DNA of 63,868 bases, filler included, from Stramenopiles sp. TOSAG23-6 (GCA_900128565.1; 16 parts of 16 records of this genome joined end to end with filler, not necessarily neighbours in it); one strand, 5' to 3'. Numbered from the whole stretch's first letter, positions 11,026 to 22,638 are shown. Program-made: numbers and translations. Notes: a model not told the origin generated them from the letters alone.

Positions 11026-11859
11026 ATGGAAAAATTAATGAAAAAAATAGGTACTCTATTCAGTGTACGTTCACAGTCAAAGCAACAGAAATTAGGAGGG
11101 GATAACGTATTAATATCACAAGCCGAAAAAGATAAAGTTTTTGAAGTAGTTGTTCATGATCCCCTTGTCATTGATCATACTTCTGCTGTTGTGTTTTTGC
11201 TCTGGTTACGCGTAAGATTTTATTATTAATTTCAAATGTATTATTCAAATGCATGATTTAGATTCAAATGCATTGTTCAAATGTATTATTAATTGTATAA
11301 AATACTAACGAATCTCAAATTTGACTTTTGTTTTCACTAGAACATGGATTATCAACAGAAGAGGCCGCGTTTTCTCGTCTTGATTCTTTTGCTGATACAT
11401 CTTGTGTAATGTCTGACTTTGCTCCTGATATAGGTAACGCTGATCTTCAATCTTCTTTTCATGCTCTAACTCAGCATCCACTTCAACTTCCTTTATCACC
11501 TTCCTTATCACAACGGAAAGGGAATACAGTTCAACTTCCTTTATCATCTTCTTTATCACAACGGAAAGGAAATACAGTTGACCCTGCACCCAATAAAATA
11601 CGAAGTATGCCTGATAATGATATATTTTCACTTGAGCGTGAAACTGTGCTTGTCTTACTACAGAGAGATACCCGGGACCAATACAGAATGTTCCAAATTA
11701 TTGAGAGATTCCTTGAAGAACCAAACTTACTTTCATCACAACTCATCTGTCAGTTAGATCCCATTACTCAAGATTTACTATTGTTGCATTATTACGAGAT
11801 TTCGTATCTTATATTACGTGAAATTGTGTGCCGAAAATTTGATAGGGAAAAGAAAGCGC
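11026..11859 (+). CDS. FIBP: FGF intracellular-binding protein (FIBP)-like, 5' part; intron 11212-11345, next donor at 11860
   Basis: EVVVHDPLVID..VFLLWLR|GLSTEEA and DTRDQYRMFQIIERFLEEP.LL..QLICQLDP..Q.LLL.HYY match FIBP as I recall it. Confidence 0.8.
11212..11345 (+). other. GT-AT intron (134 nt) that skips an upstream AG
   Basis: CGC|GTAAGA...TACTAAC...TTTTCACTAGAACAT|GGA; AG at 11339-11340 gives a frameshift, AT gives LWLRGLS. Confidence 0.75.
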
Positions 11860-12076
11860 GTACGTTTTCATTATGAATTTCAAATTTATTTTTCTTTTCG
11901 TACGAAATGTTGTACCTAACAATTTTTTTTTTTTTGAGTTTTTATTTCGATACGTTTTCATTATGAATTTCAAATTTNNNNNNNNNNNNNNNNNNNNNNN
12001 NNNNNNNNNNNNNNNNNNNNNTTAATTAATTAANNNNNNNNNNNNNNNNNNNNNNNNNNNNNNNNNNNNNNNNNNN

Positions 12077-12990
12077 NCACTATTAGATGATGATGAACTT
12101 GATTTTCGTTTTTTTCCACTACTACTACTATTTGATACTTCAGGTGGTACATTCTCATCAACAACAGTATCCTTAAATGATTCCAATGAAGCAGATAGTT
12201 TTGTCTCCTCTTCTTGAAATGATTTTGTCAACTTTTTTAAATCATTTAAAAGAGCAGTTTGTTTCTCTTGAACTTCAACAATTTTTTTATATTCATTTTC
12301 AGCATTTAGAATAGCACTGTGTATCTTTTCAATATTTTGTTTTGCAGCTTCAAGTTGTTTCTCTGCTTCGGGTAATTGTTTCTTTGCCTTTTCAATTGCA
12401 ATCTTGAAATTGTTTACTTCCTTGAGATTTTCTTCTTCTTCATCTTTAATTTTACCTTCTAAAACAATAACGGATTCTTCATTGACTTTTCTCATTTGTT
12501 TTATTTTTGAAATCTGAGAAAGCCATTTATCATTTTTCTTTTTACACACAATAGATAATGTATCCAATGCAGATTCAACATCAGTTGTAAAAGTATTAGT
12601 ATTTGTAAAAAATACTTTCAACATATTCAGACGTGACTTTTCGACACAAGCATCAGACTGTGTGACCAACTCTATCATCTGTCTAATCACTGCAATTATG
12701 CCTTTTGGAGAGGTTGGTTGGTGACATTGTCGCCACAATAGATCTATATTATTGTTATGTTTCGCTTGCTGTTCTCTCCATTCAATACACTGGGATTTAC
12801 AATTGAAGTTCGTCACAAGGTTTGTATTAGGCAACACTTCGTTTGTTAAAGGCGATGTATTTTTCGTACGAAAGTGTTGCATGATTGCCTCTCGTTCATA
12901 CGTGCGACCATCTGCAGCGAAAACTGGATCTTTGTATATATCGTGTGTTATTGGACACGTTAAATTATCAGGCACATCGTTGTTTGTCAT
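12077..12990 (-). CDS. U-box domain protein with coiled coil, 3'-truncated
   Basis: LTCPITHDIYKDPVFAADGRTYEREAI...TSPLTNEVL. Confidence 0.92.
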
Positions 12991-13223
12991 TATCTCGAAA
13001 TGAGTAAATATTATTGTACGATTTATTATATAGAGAGAGTAATCCTTTCCGTCAAAAATCGTTTTTCTCAGTGGTCAATTTTTGATGGATTTTGATGATT
13101 TTGAAATTCGAATTTTTTTTGAGTTTTATCAAAATTTTCGACAAGACTTTTGTGTTTCAAAAGATTGTGTTTCAAAAGTTTCTCCAAGCAAAACGTATTA
13201 TTATATACTGCACATAATTTCAA

Positions 13224-13649
13224 ATGACAATAACATCAATGATGATGACTCCAGGTACTGCCGCTGCTTTTCTAATTGCTCATTCACTTGTGACGAAAGT
13301 TGTAATGACAGTGGCATTTCGTCTCAAGCTAACAATGGCACCAGAGGCTGAAGCATCAAAGGTTCGCATGTCTAATTTTTTTAAAAGAACTTGGGCAGCA
13401 CAGTTGAATGAAGCTGAATACTCTGGAGTATTGATTGCTGGTTTACTGTTCCTTTCAAGTAAAAATGTAGATGCTCCAATTCTTTCCACGTTAGCATCAC
13501 TTGGTCAAGTACTTTACTTTTGGCCACGAATGTTTGCAGGTCATGTCAAAGAGGGAGGTTTCAACCCACCACCTTATGTTCCTGGAGCTCTCATGAGATA
13601 TGCGGCTTTAGGTCTTCTTTCCTGGAATATATTTAAGATTACTGCTTGA
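13224..13649 (+). CDS. MAPEG-like small membrane protein
   Basis: Several hydrophobic segments; AQLNEAEY motif. Confidence 0.6.
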   Translation: MTITSMMMTPGTAAAFLIAHSLVTKVVMTVAFRLKLTMAPEAEASKVRMSNFFKRTWAAQLNEAEYSGVLIAGLLFLSSKNVDAPILSTLASLGQVLYFWPRMFAGHVKEGGFNPPPYVPGALMRYAALGLLSWNIFKITA

Positions 13650-13806
13650 ATAAAATTCTTTATTTCATTGAATTAAAAAAAACAATGAACATTGTATTCA
13701 ATTGTAAACAATTCTTTTATTGTCATTAAAATGTTTACAATTGTGTGTTTTTGTTTCTTTACTTGTGAAAACCAAATTCAAATATTTCACATAAATAGTT
13801 TACAAT

Positions 13807-15852
13807 TTATAAACCCAACACTTTTGCTGCATCATCCAACAATTGAAACGATTTCAGATATGATTTTGATTGTTGTTGTTGAAGCATTTCTTCAACAACA
13901 CCACCAACAGCACATGATTGAACTTGTCTAACAAAAAAAATATATATATTTTTACAATTTTGAACATTTGTTAGGTATGAAATTTCGTATGAATTTTTTT
14001 TTTAAATAAATTTGAAATTCAAAATGAAAATGTACCTACAAAACTCCTGTAATTGTGACGCATATGCATCTTCATATACTTTACAACATCCTCCATGATC
14101 AGCATCATATGGTTTTTTATAGTCATAGTATGAAAAAAATATTTTTTTTTTTCAAAAAAATACGTTAGGTACAAAATTTTGTATTGATTTTTTTTTTTTT
14201 TTTNAAAAAAAAATCGTATGTACAAAATTTTGTATTAAAAAAAAAANAAATGAATGATAATCACGTACATATCCATAGACAATTCCATCTACATTGACTT
14301 GTTGTACATAACTGTCATGTGATTTATGATAATCAATTTCAACATTTGAAGTTGAATATTCAGAATCATTAGGGTTAGGGTTATTTTTGAAAAAATGTTG
14401 AATTTTTCCTTTTAAATGTATTATCGAATTATTTGTATCAAATGAACTTGATGATGTACACCATGTAATCTTTGAATTTGGAAAAAGCCAACAAAGTAAA
14501 TCAATATCATGACAATACATTGAAAAAAAAATATTTCAAATTTGAGTTTTTTTTTTTGTTAGGTACAAAATTAACTATAAAAAAAAAATTAAATTTTTGA
14601 AAATTTTGAAAATTGTGATGAAAATGTACACACGAATTCCGTAATACAAATGACATATTTGTATCAGTTGGTACAGGATCAAATGAATGAATATAAATAT
14701 TTTTGGGTGCATTCTTTGTTAAAATAGCAGCTTTTATATATACTGTAAAAAAAATATTTTTCGATTTTTTTTTGAAATTTTTTATGTTAGGTACAAAATT
14801 TCGTACGAAAAAAAAAATATAGGAAAAAAAATTTATGTTGTATGAAAAAATACATGTCGATACAATCTGAGAAATTCTTTGTCAAATCTTCGATGAAAAC
14901 CAACCATTAAAGTTAAAGGAAAATTTGTGTTTCGTATTGCTTTTTCACGTGTTTTAGCAACTAAATGAAAATTTGTTACAGGTTTTTCTACCAAAACATA
15001 AATTGTGAAAAAAAATTTCAAAAAAACAAATTTTTTTTGTTAGGTACAAAATTTCGTATGAAAAAAAAAAAGAAAAATCAATTTCAGTAACATACATGTA
15101 ATCCAGCTTCAAGACATGAAATAGCTTGTTTTTCGTGTAATGCATCAGGTGTACAGATATACACTGCATTTACATGATTTGAATTATTCTTAATGTCACC
15201 TCTACTAAGGACAGATTCTTGAAATGATGAACCAATACATTGTGAAAAATTTCAAAAAAAAAAAAAAATTAGGTACAAATTTTCATACTTAAAAAAAAAA
15301 ATTCGAAATTGAATGTTAAAAACGTATCTAGATCTTGTAAATGGTGTCAACATTTTAACTTGTTTCGATAAGTATGTTCTACTTGGCTGTTTTGGAATAG
15401 CTTGTATAAATGTTCCAAAGGTACCATTTATCATAAAGAAATATTTCAAATGTTAAAATTTGTTAGGTACAAAAAAAAAATTCAAAAAAAAATTTTGAAT
15501 TTTTTTTTTTTTTTTGAAAAAAAAAATAAATTTAAAATTCATGATGTAAACGTACTGCACCGATAGGACGAATAGGAATGGCAAGATTTTGTATTGTACT
15601 TGAATTAGTGTATTCATCACCTGTTTGATTTTCCCATTTTTTTATATTTTGATGTGTCAAATTACTCAATTTTCTTTTTTTCAAATTTTGATTTTTCAAA
15701 TTTTCATCTTTTATTTCACTGACTTTAAAACGACACGTGTCACTATATTGAAGTGGTTGAAGTGGAACAACTTCACCTAATTGTTGTGAACGTGCTGCAG
15801 ATGATGCAACATATTGAGCTAAAGCGCAATCAGAGGCTGAAATTGGCCAACT
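13807..15852 (-). CDS. Gfo/Idh/MocA (inositol-2-dehydrogenase-like) oxidoreductase, 5'-truncated, 7 complete introns (15555-15426, 15327-15235, 15095-14998, ~14853-14738, 14629-14515, 14268-14125, 14035-13928)
   Basis: Joined exons give IGA|GTFG, AVYICTPDALH...EAGLH|VLVEKP, MVGFHRRFD, NSC|CHDID; 6 of 7 introns end in AT. Confidence 0.85.
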
Positions 15853-15929
15853 ATGTTATAATATAGAAAAATATTTTTTTTTTTTTTTCAAAAATTCAAA
15901 AAAAAAATCATTAGGTAAAAAATTTCGTA

Positions 15930-15966
<37 letters not shown>

Positions 15967-16180
15967 CATTTTAAATTCATAATGNNNNNNNNNNNNNNNN
16001 NNNNNNNNNNNNNNNNNNNNNNNNNNNNTTAATTAATTAANNNNNNNNNNNNNNNNNNNNNNNNNNNNNNNNNNNNNNNNNNNNATTTTTTTTCAATTTC
16101 GAATTTATTTTTCGTACGAAATTTTGTACCTAACAAATTTTACTTTTTTTTTTTTTTTGAAATATTTTTCCAAAATACAT

Positions 16181-16458
16181 GTATGGTACAATATATGCTG
16201 AGTAGTGCACCGATGCATCATTCTTTGTTAATGTTGCGCCAAAAAAATAAAGTTGGTGCTACTGCACTTGCAATTGTACTTGAAAATAATATGGGGTATC
16301 ATATAAATGATTTGGTCATCTTTTTGATTGAAAATGGTGCAGAGGTATTGAAATGTACACATGATAGTAATCAGCAAATAATTGAAAAATATCATGAAAA
16401 ATATTGCATTTTGATGGATAAACAACGTCAAGCTTTTCGATTGACAAATAAAATATAA
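16181..16458 (+). CDS. Last exon of an ankyrin-repeat protein
   Basis: NKVGATALAI...LVIFLIENGA; preceded by repeat-intron end CCAAAATACAT. Confidence 0.65.
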
Positions 16459-17671
16459 TTGTACTTTTTTTGTACTTTTTTTGTGCTTTTTTTCTTGTAT
16501 ATTTTGAAAAAAAAATAATAACAGTAAGTAGTAATTTGTAAACTTGTAAACTGTAGAGTCTTTGGAACAATTTTAAAATTTTTATTTTATCTATCAAATC
16601 TGAAAATTAAAAATAAATTCAATACATTCAAAATTATAATCTCAAAATGCTCAAACAAAGTTTGCAAAAGCAGGTAATGCATTCCAAATCTCGCCCATTG
16701 GATCACTACCATCTATATACATACGACGACTACCATCTATATACATACTTCGTGCTCTACATAGAGCACATTTCACACTATTTTTAATTGCTACCATAAG
16801 TTCTACCGCATCCATTTTCGCTTAAATTTTAATTTGACAAGGAAATATAATTTCGATGGATTTCGTGTTTTTTTTCCCGCGTATTTATTTTCATAATTTT
16901 AAAAATTATTTCGTGTTTTTTCCCGCGAATTTCAAAAAATTTTGAAATTCAAATCCATTTTCGAATTTTGAAAACCGTATCCAAAAAGTGCGGAGCAGTA
17001 TTTTGAACTGTATAAAACTATAATTTACTTTTCGTCTCGAACTCTAAAGAAAAGGTACGTTCAATCATTCCACTCATTATTTCCCGCATCCAAACGTATA
17101 TTACACTTACCACATCATCTGAGTTTGACGATAAAAAGATTTGAAAGGTTTTATATGGATAAACCTGATACAACGTGTAGAGGGCAATCCCTTAGCGACT
17201 AATATAATATGAACTTGAACCAGAAGAAACGCATCAGAATCAAGATATTTTTGATTTTAATTGATACAAAAAGTTATACGAATCTATTTGAAAGCCATCG
17301 CTCTTGAATAATATAAATTTCTGCACCCGTACAACTTTGTCCTGTAAAAAAACTCTACTCTCATGGTCTCATGGACTTCTCTCTCTGTTGCTTTTCTTCG
17401 GTAAACTGTCTAGCGCGCAACAGCATAGAGTGCAACGCTCTCCAGCAAATCTAAATCTACGCCTGTCGCGTGGTTATGAAAATAATCGAACGTAATTTTG
17501 CTGGCGGAAACAGATTTTACTTTTTACCGTGGAATATTTCGTCAACTTTGAAATTGAGCTGTACATGCTTCCGGTGGTTTTTCTTTTCTCCAACTTTGTC
17601 CAGGATATAGTAATCACTGTCTGATGAGAGTGTGTCGTAACGATATTGTGATATAATGTTATAATATAATC

Positions 17672-17830
17672 TTGCTGTGTTGTCATGATGCTGTGTTGTT
17701 ATGATGCTGTGCTATAGTATAATATTGTTGCGTTGTTATGTTGCTGTTTTGTTATGTTGCTGTTTTGTTGTGATGCTGTGTTGTTATGATGCTGTGCAAT
17801 AATGTTGCTGTGCTATAATGCTACTGTGTC
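17672..17830. repeat. Degenerate ~16-bp tandem repeat (GCTGTGTTGTTATGAT)
   Basis: About 9 imperfect copies visible. Confidence 0.8.
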
Positions 17831-18579
17831 ATATGTAGCTTTGGAATTTGAAAAGATATATCAAAGTAAAATGAGGTTGTTCCGAAAGAAAAACGTGATT
17901 TGAAAATTCACTTGGAAGACAGCTGAAAAGTGAATTTTACTTTTTGTCTATGCTGAATAATTCTTTTCAAACAATGGAGTCTAAGAATAAGTATTAGGGT
18001 GCAGATTTTTGTATTGCTGTCTTCTACTTTAAATGCCATTGCTTCGTATTAAAATATTGCATGAGATGGCACTGTGGATTTCAGTTTCTTTGTTGGTACG
18101 ACTTTTTGTACTTTACACAAAATCGACTTCTAATTTTCTCAGGCTCCTGCAAAAACAGTGACTGCAAAAAACATACCTTTTCTAAGGAAGAGAATATGGA
18201 TATGCGTCATTTGAATAAGAATCATTCAATGCAAGATGATCCTATTTTAAAACGAAAGGATGTTTTTAAGCAAATTTTCTGATTTTGTCTGAAAAAGTGA
18301 GAATCTTTTCAATAATCGAGAATTTTCAACTCCAATTAAAACTCTTCAAACGTCTAGACAAGATATTAACAAAGATGAATTCAATGAATTCAGCAAATTA
18401 TCGGTATACGCAATATTCTATTTTACTTACATATGCAAAATTAATATATATACTCACTACAACAGAAATATGACAAACGCGAAAATGATGATCAAAGTGA
18501 TGGTATTTGCCGCACTTGCAATTACGCAATCATATTTTATATTCGTGACCAAAAATTCTATGATAATGCATCCTTTATA

Positions 18580-19989
18580 AATGTGGCAGTTTATTCATTT
18601 TAATAATTTTTGATGTATAATATGGAGTATATGATGGCATCGACTGGCACGTACTTTATGTTTCTGCCAAAGAGTATTGTATTGGTAGTTCCTTTTATTG
18701 TATAATGGTGTATTTATTTTTATTGTTTTTGATATATAATAGAGAGCATATGAAGTATTTTTACTTTATAAGAAACACTCATACCGTGTTATTTATTTCT
18801 CGTTTCCAAGAGATAATATCATATTGGTATATCTTTTTTATAGAATAATAGTTTATTTATTTTCATTTTGACTTGATATATAATATGCACTATATCATGT
18901 ACGTTGTGTTTCTAAGAAATAGTATCATATTGGTATATCTTTTTATGGAATAATAGTTTATTCATATTAATTATACTTGATATATAATATGCACTTTATG
19001 GAGTACTTTGTGTTTCTAAGAAATACTATAATATTGGTATATCTTTTTTATGGAATAATAGTTNATTCATTTTAATAANACTTGATATATAATATGCAGT
19101 ATATGGAGTACTTTGTGTTTCTATGAAATAGTATCATACTGGTCTATCTTTTTATGGAATAATAGTTTATTCATTTTAATAATACTTGATGTATAATATG
19201 TAGTGTATGACGTACTTTGTGTTTCTAAGAAATAGTATCATATTTGTATATCTTTTTATGGAATAGTAGTTTATTCATTTTAATAATATTTAAAATATAT
19301 CAAAAATACGCAATATCATCTATAAAATAACAGAAAAATAAAACAAATGAATACTCATAATTCAAACACAATATTCTTTTGTTGTAATCCTATTTTAAAT
19401 ATATCAAAAGTACTGCATATTATCTATAAAATAACAGAAAAATAAAACAAATGAATAATCATCATTCAAACACAATATTCTTTTGTTCTAGTAATATTTG
19501 AAATAAATCAAAAATACAAAATATAATGTATTATGTACCTGAAATATAAAACAAATGAATCATCATTATTAAAACACAATATTCTTTGTTGTAGTCATAT
19601 TTGAAATAAATCAAAAATATAAAATATAATGTATATAATACCTGAAAAATAAAACAAATAAATCATCATTATTCAAAAACAATATTCTTTTGTTGTAGTC
19701 ATATTTGAAATATATCAAAGGTACTCCATATAATGTATATAATAGCTGAATCATAGAACAAATGAATAATCATAATCCAATATAATATTCTTTGTTGTAT
19801 TCATATTTGAAATATATATCAAAACTACTTCATATAATCTCTAAAATAACAGAAAAAAAAACAAATGAATAATCATAATTCAAACACAATATTCTTTTGC
19901 TGGAGTAATATTTGAAATATATCAAAAATGCAGCATATAATGTATAAAATAACAGAAAAATAAAACAAATGAATAATCATAATTTAAAC
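18580..19989. repeat. Two opposed tandem arrays of a ~104-bp AT-rich unit (switch near 19290)
   Basis: GTTTATT recurs near 18852, 18956, 19061, 19164, 19269; AAACAAATGAAT recurs near 19341, 19445, 19549, 19652, 19757, 19859, 19963. Confidence 0.85.
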
Positions 19990-20120
19990 NNNNNNNNNNN
20001 NNNNNNNNNNNNNNNNNNNNNNNNNNNNNNNNNTTAATTAATTAANNNNNNNNNNNNNNNNNNNNNNNNNNNNNNNNNNNNNNNNNNNNGTCTTGTTTTG
20101 GTTGGCTACTCTATATTGGT

Positions 20121-20696
20121 TTGGACATTTTTAGACGGAGTTTTCAGTTACAAAAACTTTCATCCATGAGGAATACAATCAATACTGTTTTGAAAAAAAC
20201 CCACCAAATTAATGTAATGTTGGTAGATAAAAATATTAAAAATATATCAGAGAATTCAAAATTATCAGAGAAAAATATTAAAAATATGTCAGAGAATTCA
20301 AAATTATCAGAAAAAAATATTGAAAATATTAGTACGAATTCATCTTCCATGAGAACAGACAACCAGATTAGTACACTTGGTCAAAGTGTCAAGTCAAACA
20401 TGATTTCATTAGATTTAGAAACTCGACTGAAAAACTCAATCAAGGTCATGAGTTTATGTAGAAGTTTACTTTTTTTAATACCTTCAATTTTTTATTGTAT
20501 AAAACCAAAATCATTTCTATACAAAAGATTCAGACGTTTAATACCGGAAGTGACAATACAAGGATTTTGTATTTTAGAAGCTCTTGTAGCATACTCTTCT
20601 ATGATTTATAAATTTCCAGTAGAAAAACCTACATTTGATGCAGATATTGAAAAGATTCTCTGTGATGATGATAATAGTCACAAAAAGTTCGTCTAG
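20121..20696 (+). CDS. Hypothetical protein, probably 5'-truncated, with KNIKNISENSKLSE repeats
   Basis: ORF with internal tandem duplication. Confidence 0.45.
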   Translation: MDIFRRSFQLQKLSSMRNTINTVLKKTHQINVMLVDKNIKNISENSKLSEKNIKNMSENSKLSEKNIENISTNSSSMRTDNQISTLGQSVKSNMISLDLETRLKNSIKVMSLCRSLLFLIPSIFYCIKPKSFLYKRFRRLIPEVTIQGFCILEALVAYSSMIYKFPVEKPTFDADIEKILCDDDNSHKKFV

Positions 20697-20931
20697 ATTT
20701 TAGATTTTTGCAAAAGATGTCCTTTTTGATGATGATGATTATAGTTACAAAAAAGGTCACTTAGATTTTTGTGTATAAAGATTAGTGTGTCTTTTTTAAA
20801 ATTTAGCAAAATTTCGTTATTTTGAAAATTAATTTTGAAAATAAAAAAATGTTTTATTCCTAAACTTTTTGAAACATGTGTATATGTATTACTCAATCTA
20901 TGATAGAGGTTGAAACCTAGATCTAAAATAA

Positions 20932-22173
20932 CTACAAAAAACAATCTTGATGTTTCCTTTTTCTCGTTGCATTCACATTGATATCATCAAGTAAATTAAA
21001 ATCTTTGTAATACGTGTATTTTGGATTGTCCTTTTTCACAAAATGTATTCGAGTTTTACACAAACTAACTTTACTTTGATTTGCACCNTACCAATGTTTT
21101 ACTTTTCCTCCTTGAATGCCACGAATTAATTTGTTACCTTCACAAGCAATGTTTTCTACAGTCATGACTGGTGTCAAATTAACAACAAGAAGTTTTTCTA
21201 AAACATTTCTATATTTTTCATCGTTTGGTATTGCCCGCAAATGTTCATCAATAATTGTTTGACATTGTGTGCCAATATTCATTGTTAGAAATTCAATAAT
21301 GTTGTGCTGCTCATTTTTATCAATATNATACTTTGTTAGTAGTTTGTAACTACCCTGGCCTTTGCCAAGCACAGGGATTTCATTTGCAGTAAACATGTTA
21401 CATTGACGAAGTATTCTCAAAGTTGCCAGTCGGTAGAATGCACCATTGTACCCAGTACCTATCATTTTTAAAAATTCCATCCATGTTTCCATACTTGCAG
21501 AATTTTGAGGAATTGCATCTTTGACACTATTATTTGTCAATATATTTTGAAGAATAGCTACAACCTTTTGCTGCGATAGAGGTTGAAACCTAGATCTACC
21601 AAGTGTAATTGAATTATTTTTCAACTTACGGAGCTTACCACTTATTGTTTTCATAGGTTTTAGAGACAAGCATGATCTTTCAGGAGATGTAATCCAAAGA
21701 TTGACCACCTGTAAAAGGCCTTCTTTATCACATGTCTCTAGAATATTTCTATAATCCTGGTTCAATAACTGTCCCGTATAAAAAGGATCAAGTTGAACAA
21801 ATATTATGGCAAGACCTAATAGAAATGCTTTAGTTGCCTGATTATTATCTTTTGTATCATTTGTATTATTATTTTTTGCTTTAGTTGCCTTATTATTATT
21901 CTTGTTCAACACAATATCCGCTACAGTTGCATAATTTATAGCATTGCGATCAAGCTCAGGTATAGAATTAGCTATACGAAAACCAACCCATTTTCCCCAT
22001 AGACTAACGTCAATACAATCACCAACTGTAAGCTTAAGATTACGCAATGTCAATGCAGTGTTGAGTACAGCAAAGAGATTGAGTAACTCTTTTTTTTTGG
22101 ATTCAAAAGATTTTTTTTCTAAAACCATATCCATAATATCCCATATTGGTTTGTCTTCACCACGTGCCGTCAT
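20932..22173 (-). CDS. Intronless protein with possible aGPT-Pplase1 (HhH-glycosylase-fold, 5-hmdU-kinase helical-like) C-terminal region
   Basis: GYNGAFYRLATL...GKGQGSYKLL...VENIACEGNKL recalls the G.G.F / G.Ga..gl / E..lCE..K pattern; by eye only. Confidence 0.45.
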   Translation of the reverse strand: MTARGEDKPIWDIMDMVLEKKSFESKKKELLNLFAVLNTALTLRNLKLTVGDCIDVSLWGKWVGFRIANSIPELDRNAINYATVADIVLNKNNNKATKAKNNNTNDTKDNNQATKAFLLGLAIIFVQLDPFYTGQLLNQDYRNILETCDKEGLLQVVNLWITSPERSCLSLKPMKTISGKLRKLKNNSITLGRSRFQPLSQQKVVAILQNILTNNSVKDAIPQNSASMETWMEFLKMIGTGYNGAFYRLATLRILRQCNMFTANEIPVLGKGQGSYKLLTKYXIDKNEQHNIIEFLTMNIGTQCQTIIDEHLRAIPNDEKYRNVLEKLLVVNLTPVMTVENIACEGNKLIRGIQGGKVKHWXGANQSKVSLCKTRIHFVKKDNPKYTYYKDFNLLDDINVNATRKRKHQDCFL

Positions 22174-22566
22174 TGTCCCTTTATAAAGACAAGATATTTC
22201 GGTGGTGACTATTTTCTAAAACTATATGGTACTCGGAAAATATAGTCATCTTCTGTCAAAATTTTGATATTATTTTGATGGACCTTCAATTAAGGTACCC
22301 GGTCCACTTTCGAGAAAAGCTGTTTGAAAAACATGAAATGTTAACTATTACAACAGATGAATGAGTCTGCTGTCTGGTGAATGAGCTTTTGGTTGATCTA
22401 ATGAAGAAATCTACAAGTATAATAAAACAATAAAGACAAATACATTAGATCCAAGTTGAAATCACATCTGCAAGATTCAAAAAAATCATTAAATTTTTTT
22501 TTTCTCTGTTAAAAAAAAACCTCCTATATATACAAAACTTGCGGAAGATGATGCAAGAATGCAAGA

Positions 22567-22638
22567 ACCGATGTCGTATAGTGGTTAGTATCCCTGCCTG
22601 TCACGCAGGTGACCCGGGTTCAATTCCCGGCGTTGGCG
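22567..22638 (+). tRNA. tRNA-Asp(GTC)
   Basis: D-arm GTATAGTGGTTAGTAT, anticodon arm CCTGC-CTGTCAC-GCAGG, T-arm CCGGG-TTCAATT-CCCGG, downstream T-tract; 1:72 is A.C. Confidence 0.93.

Noticed and set aside
13807-15984. CRISPR-like array (conserved repeats with unique spacers)
   Set aside because: The 'spacers' are exons of one eukaryotic gene, the repeats are degenerate and variable in length, and there are no cas genes.
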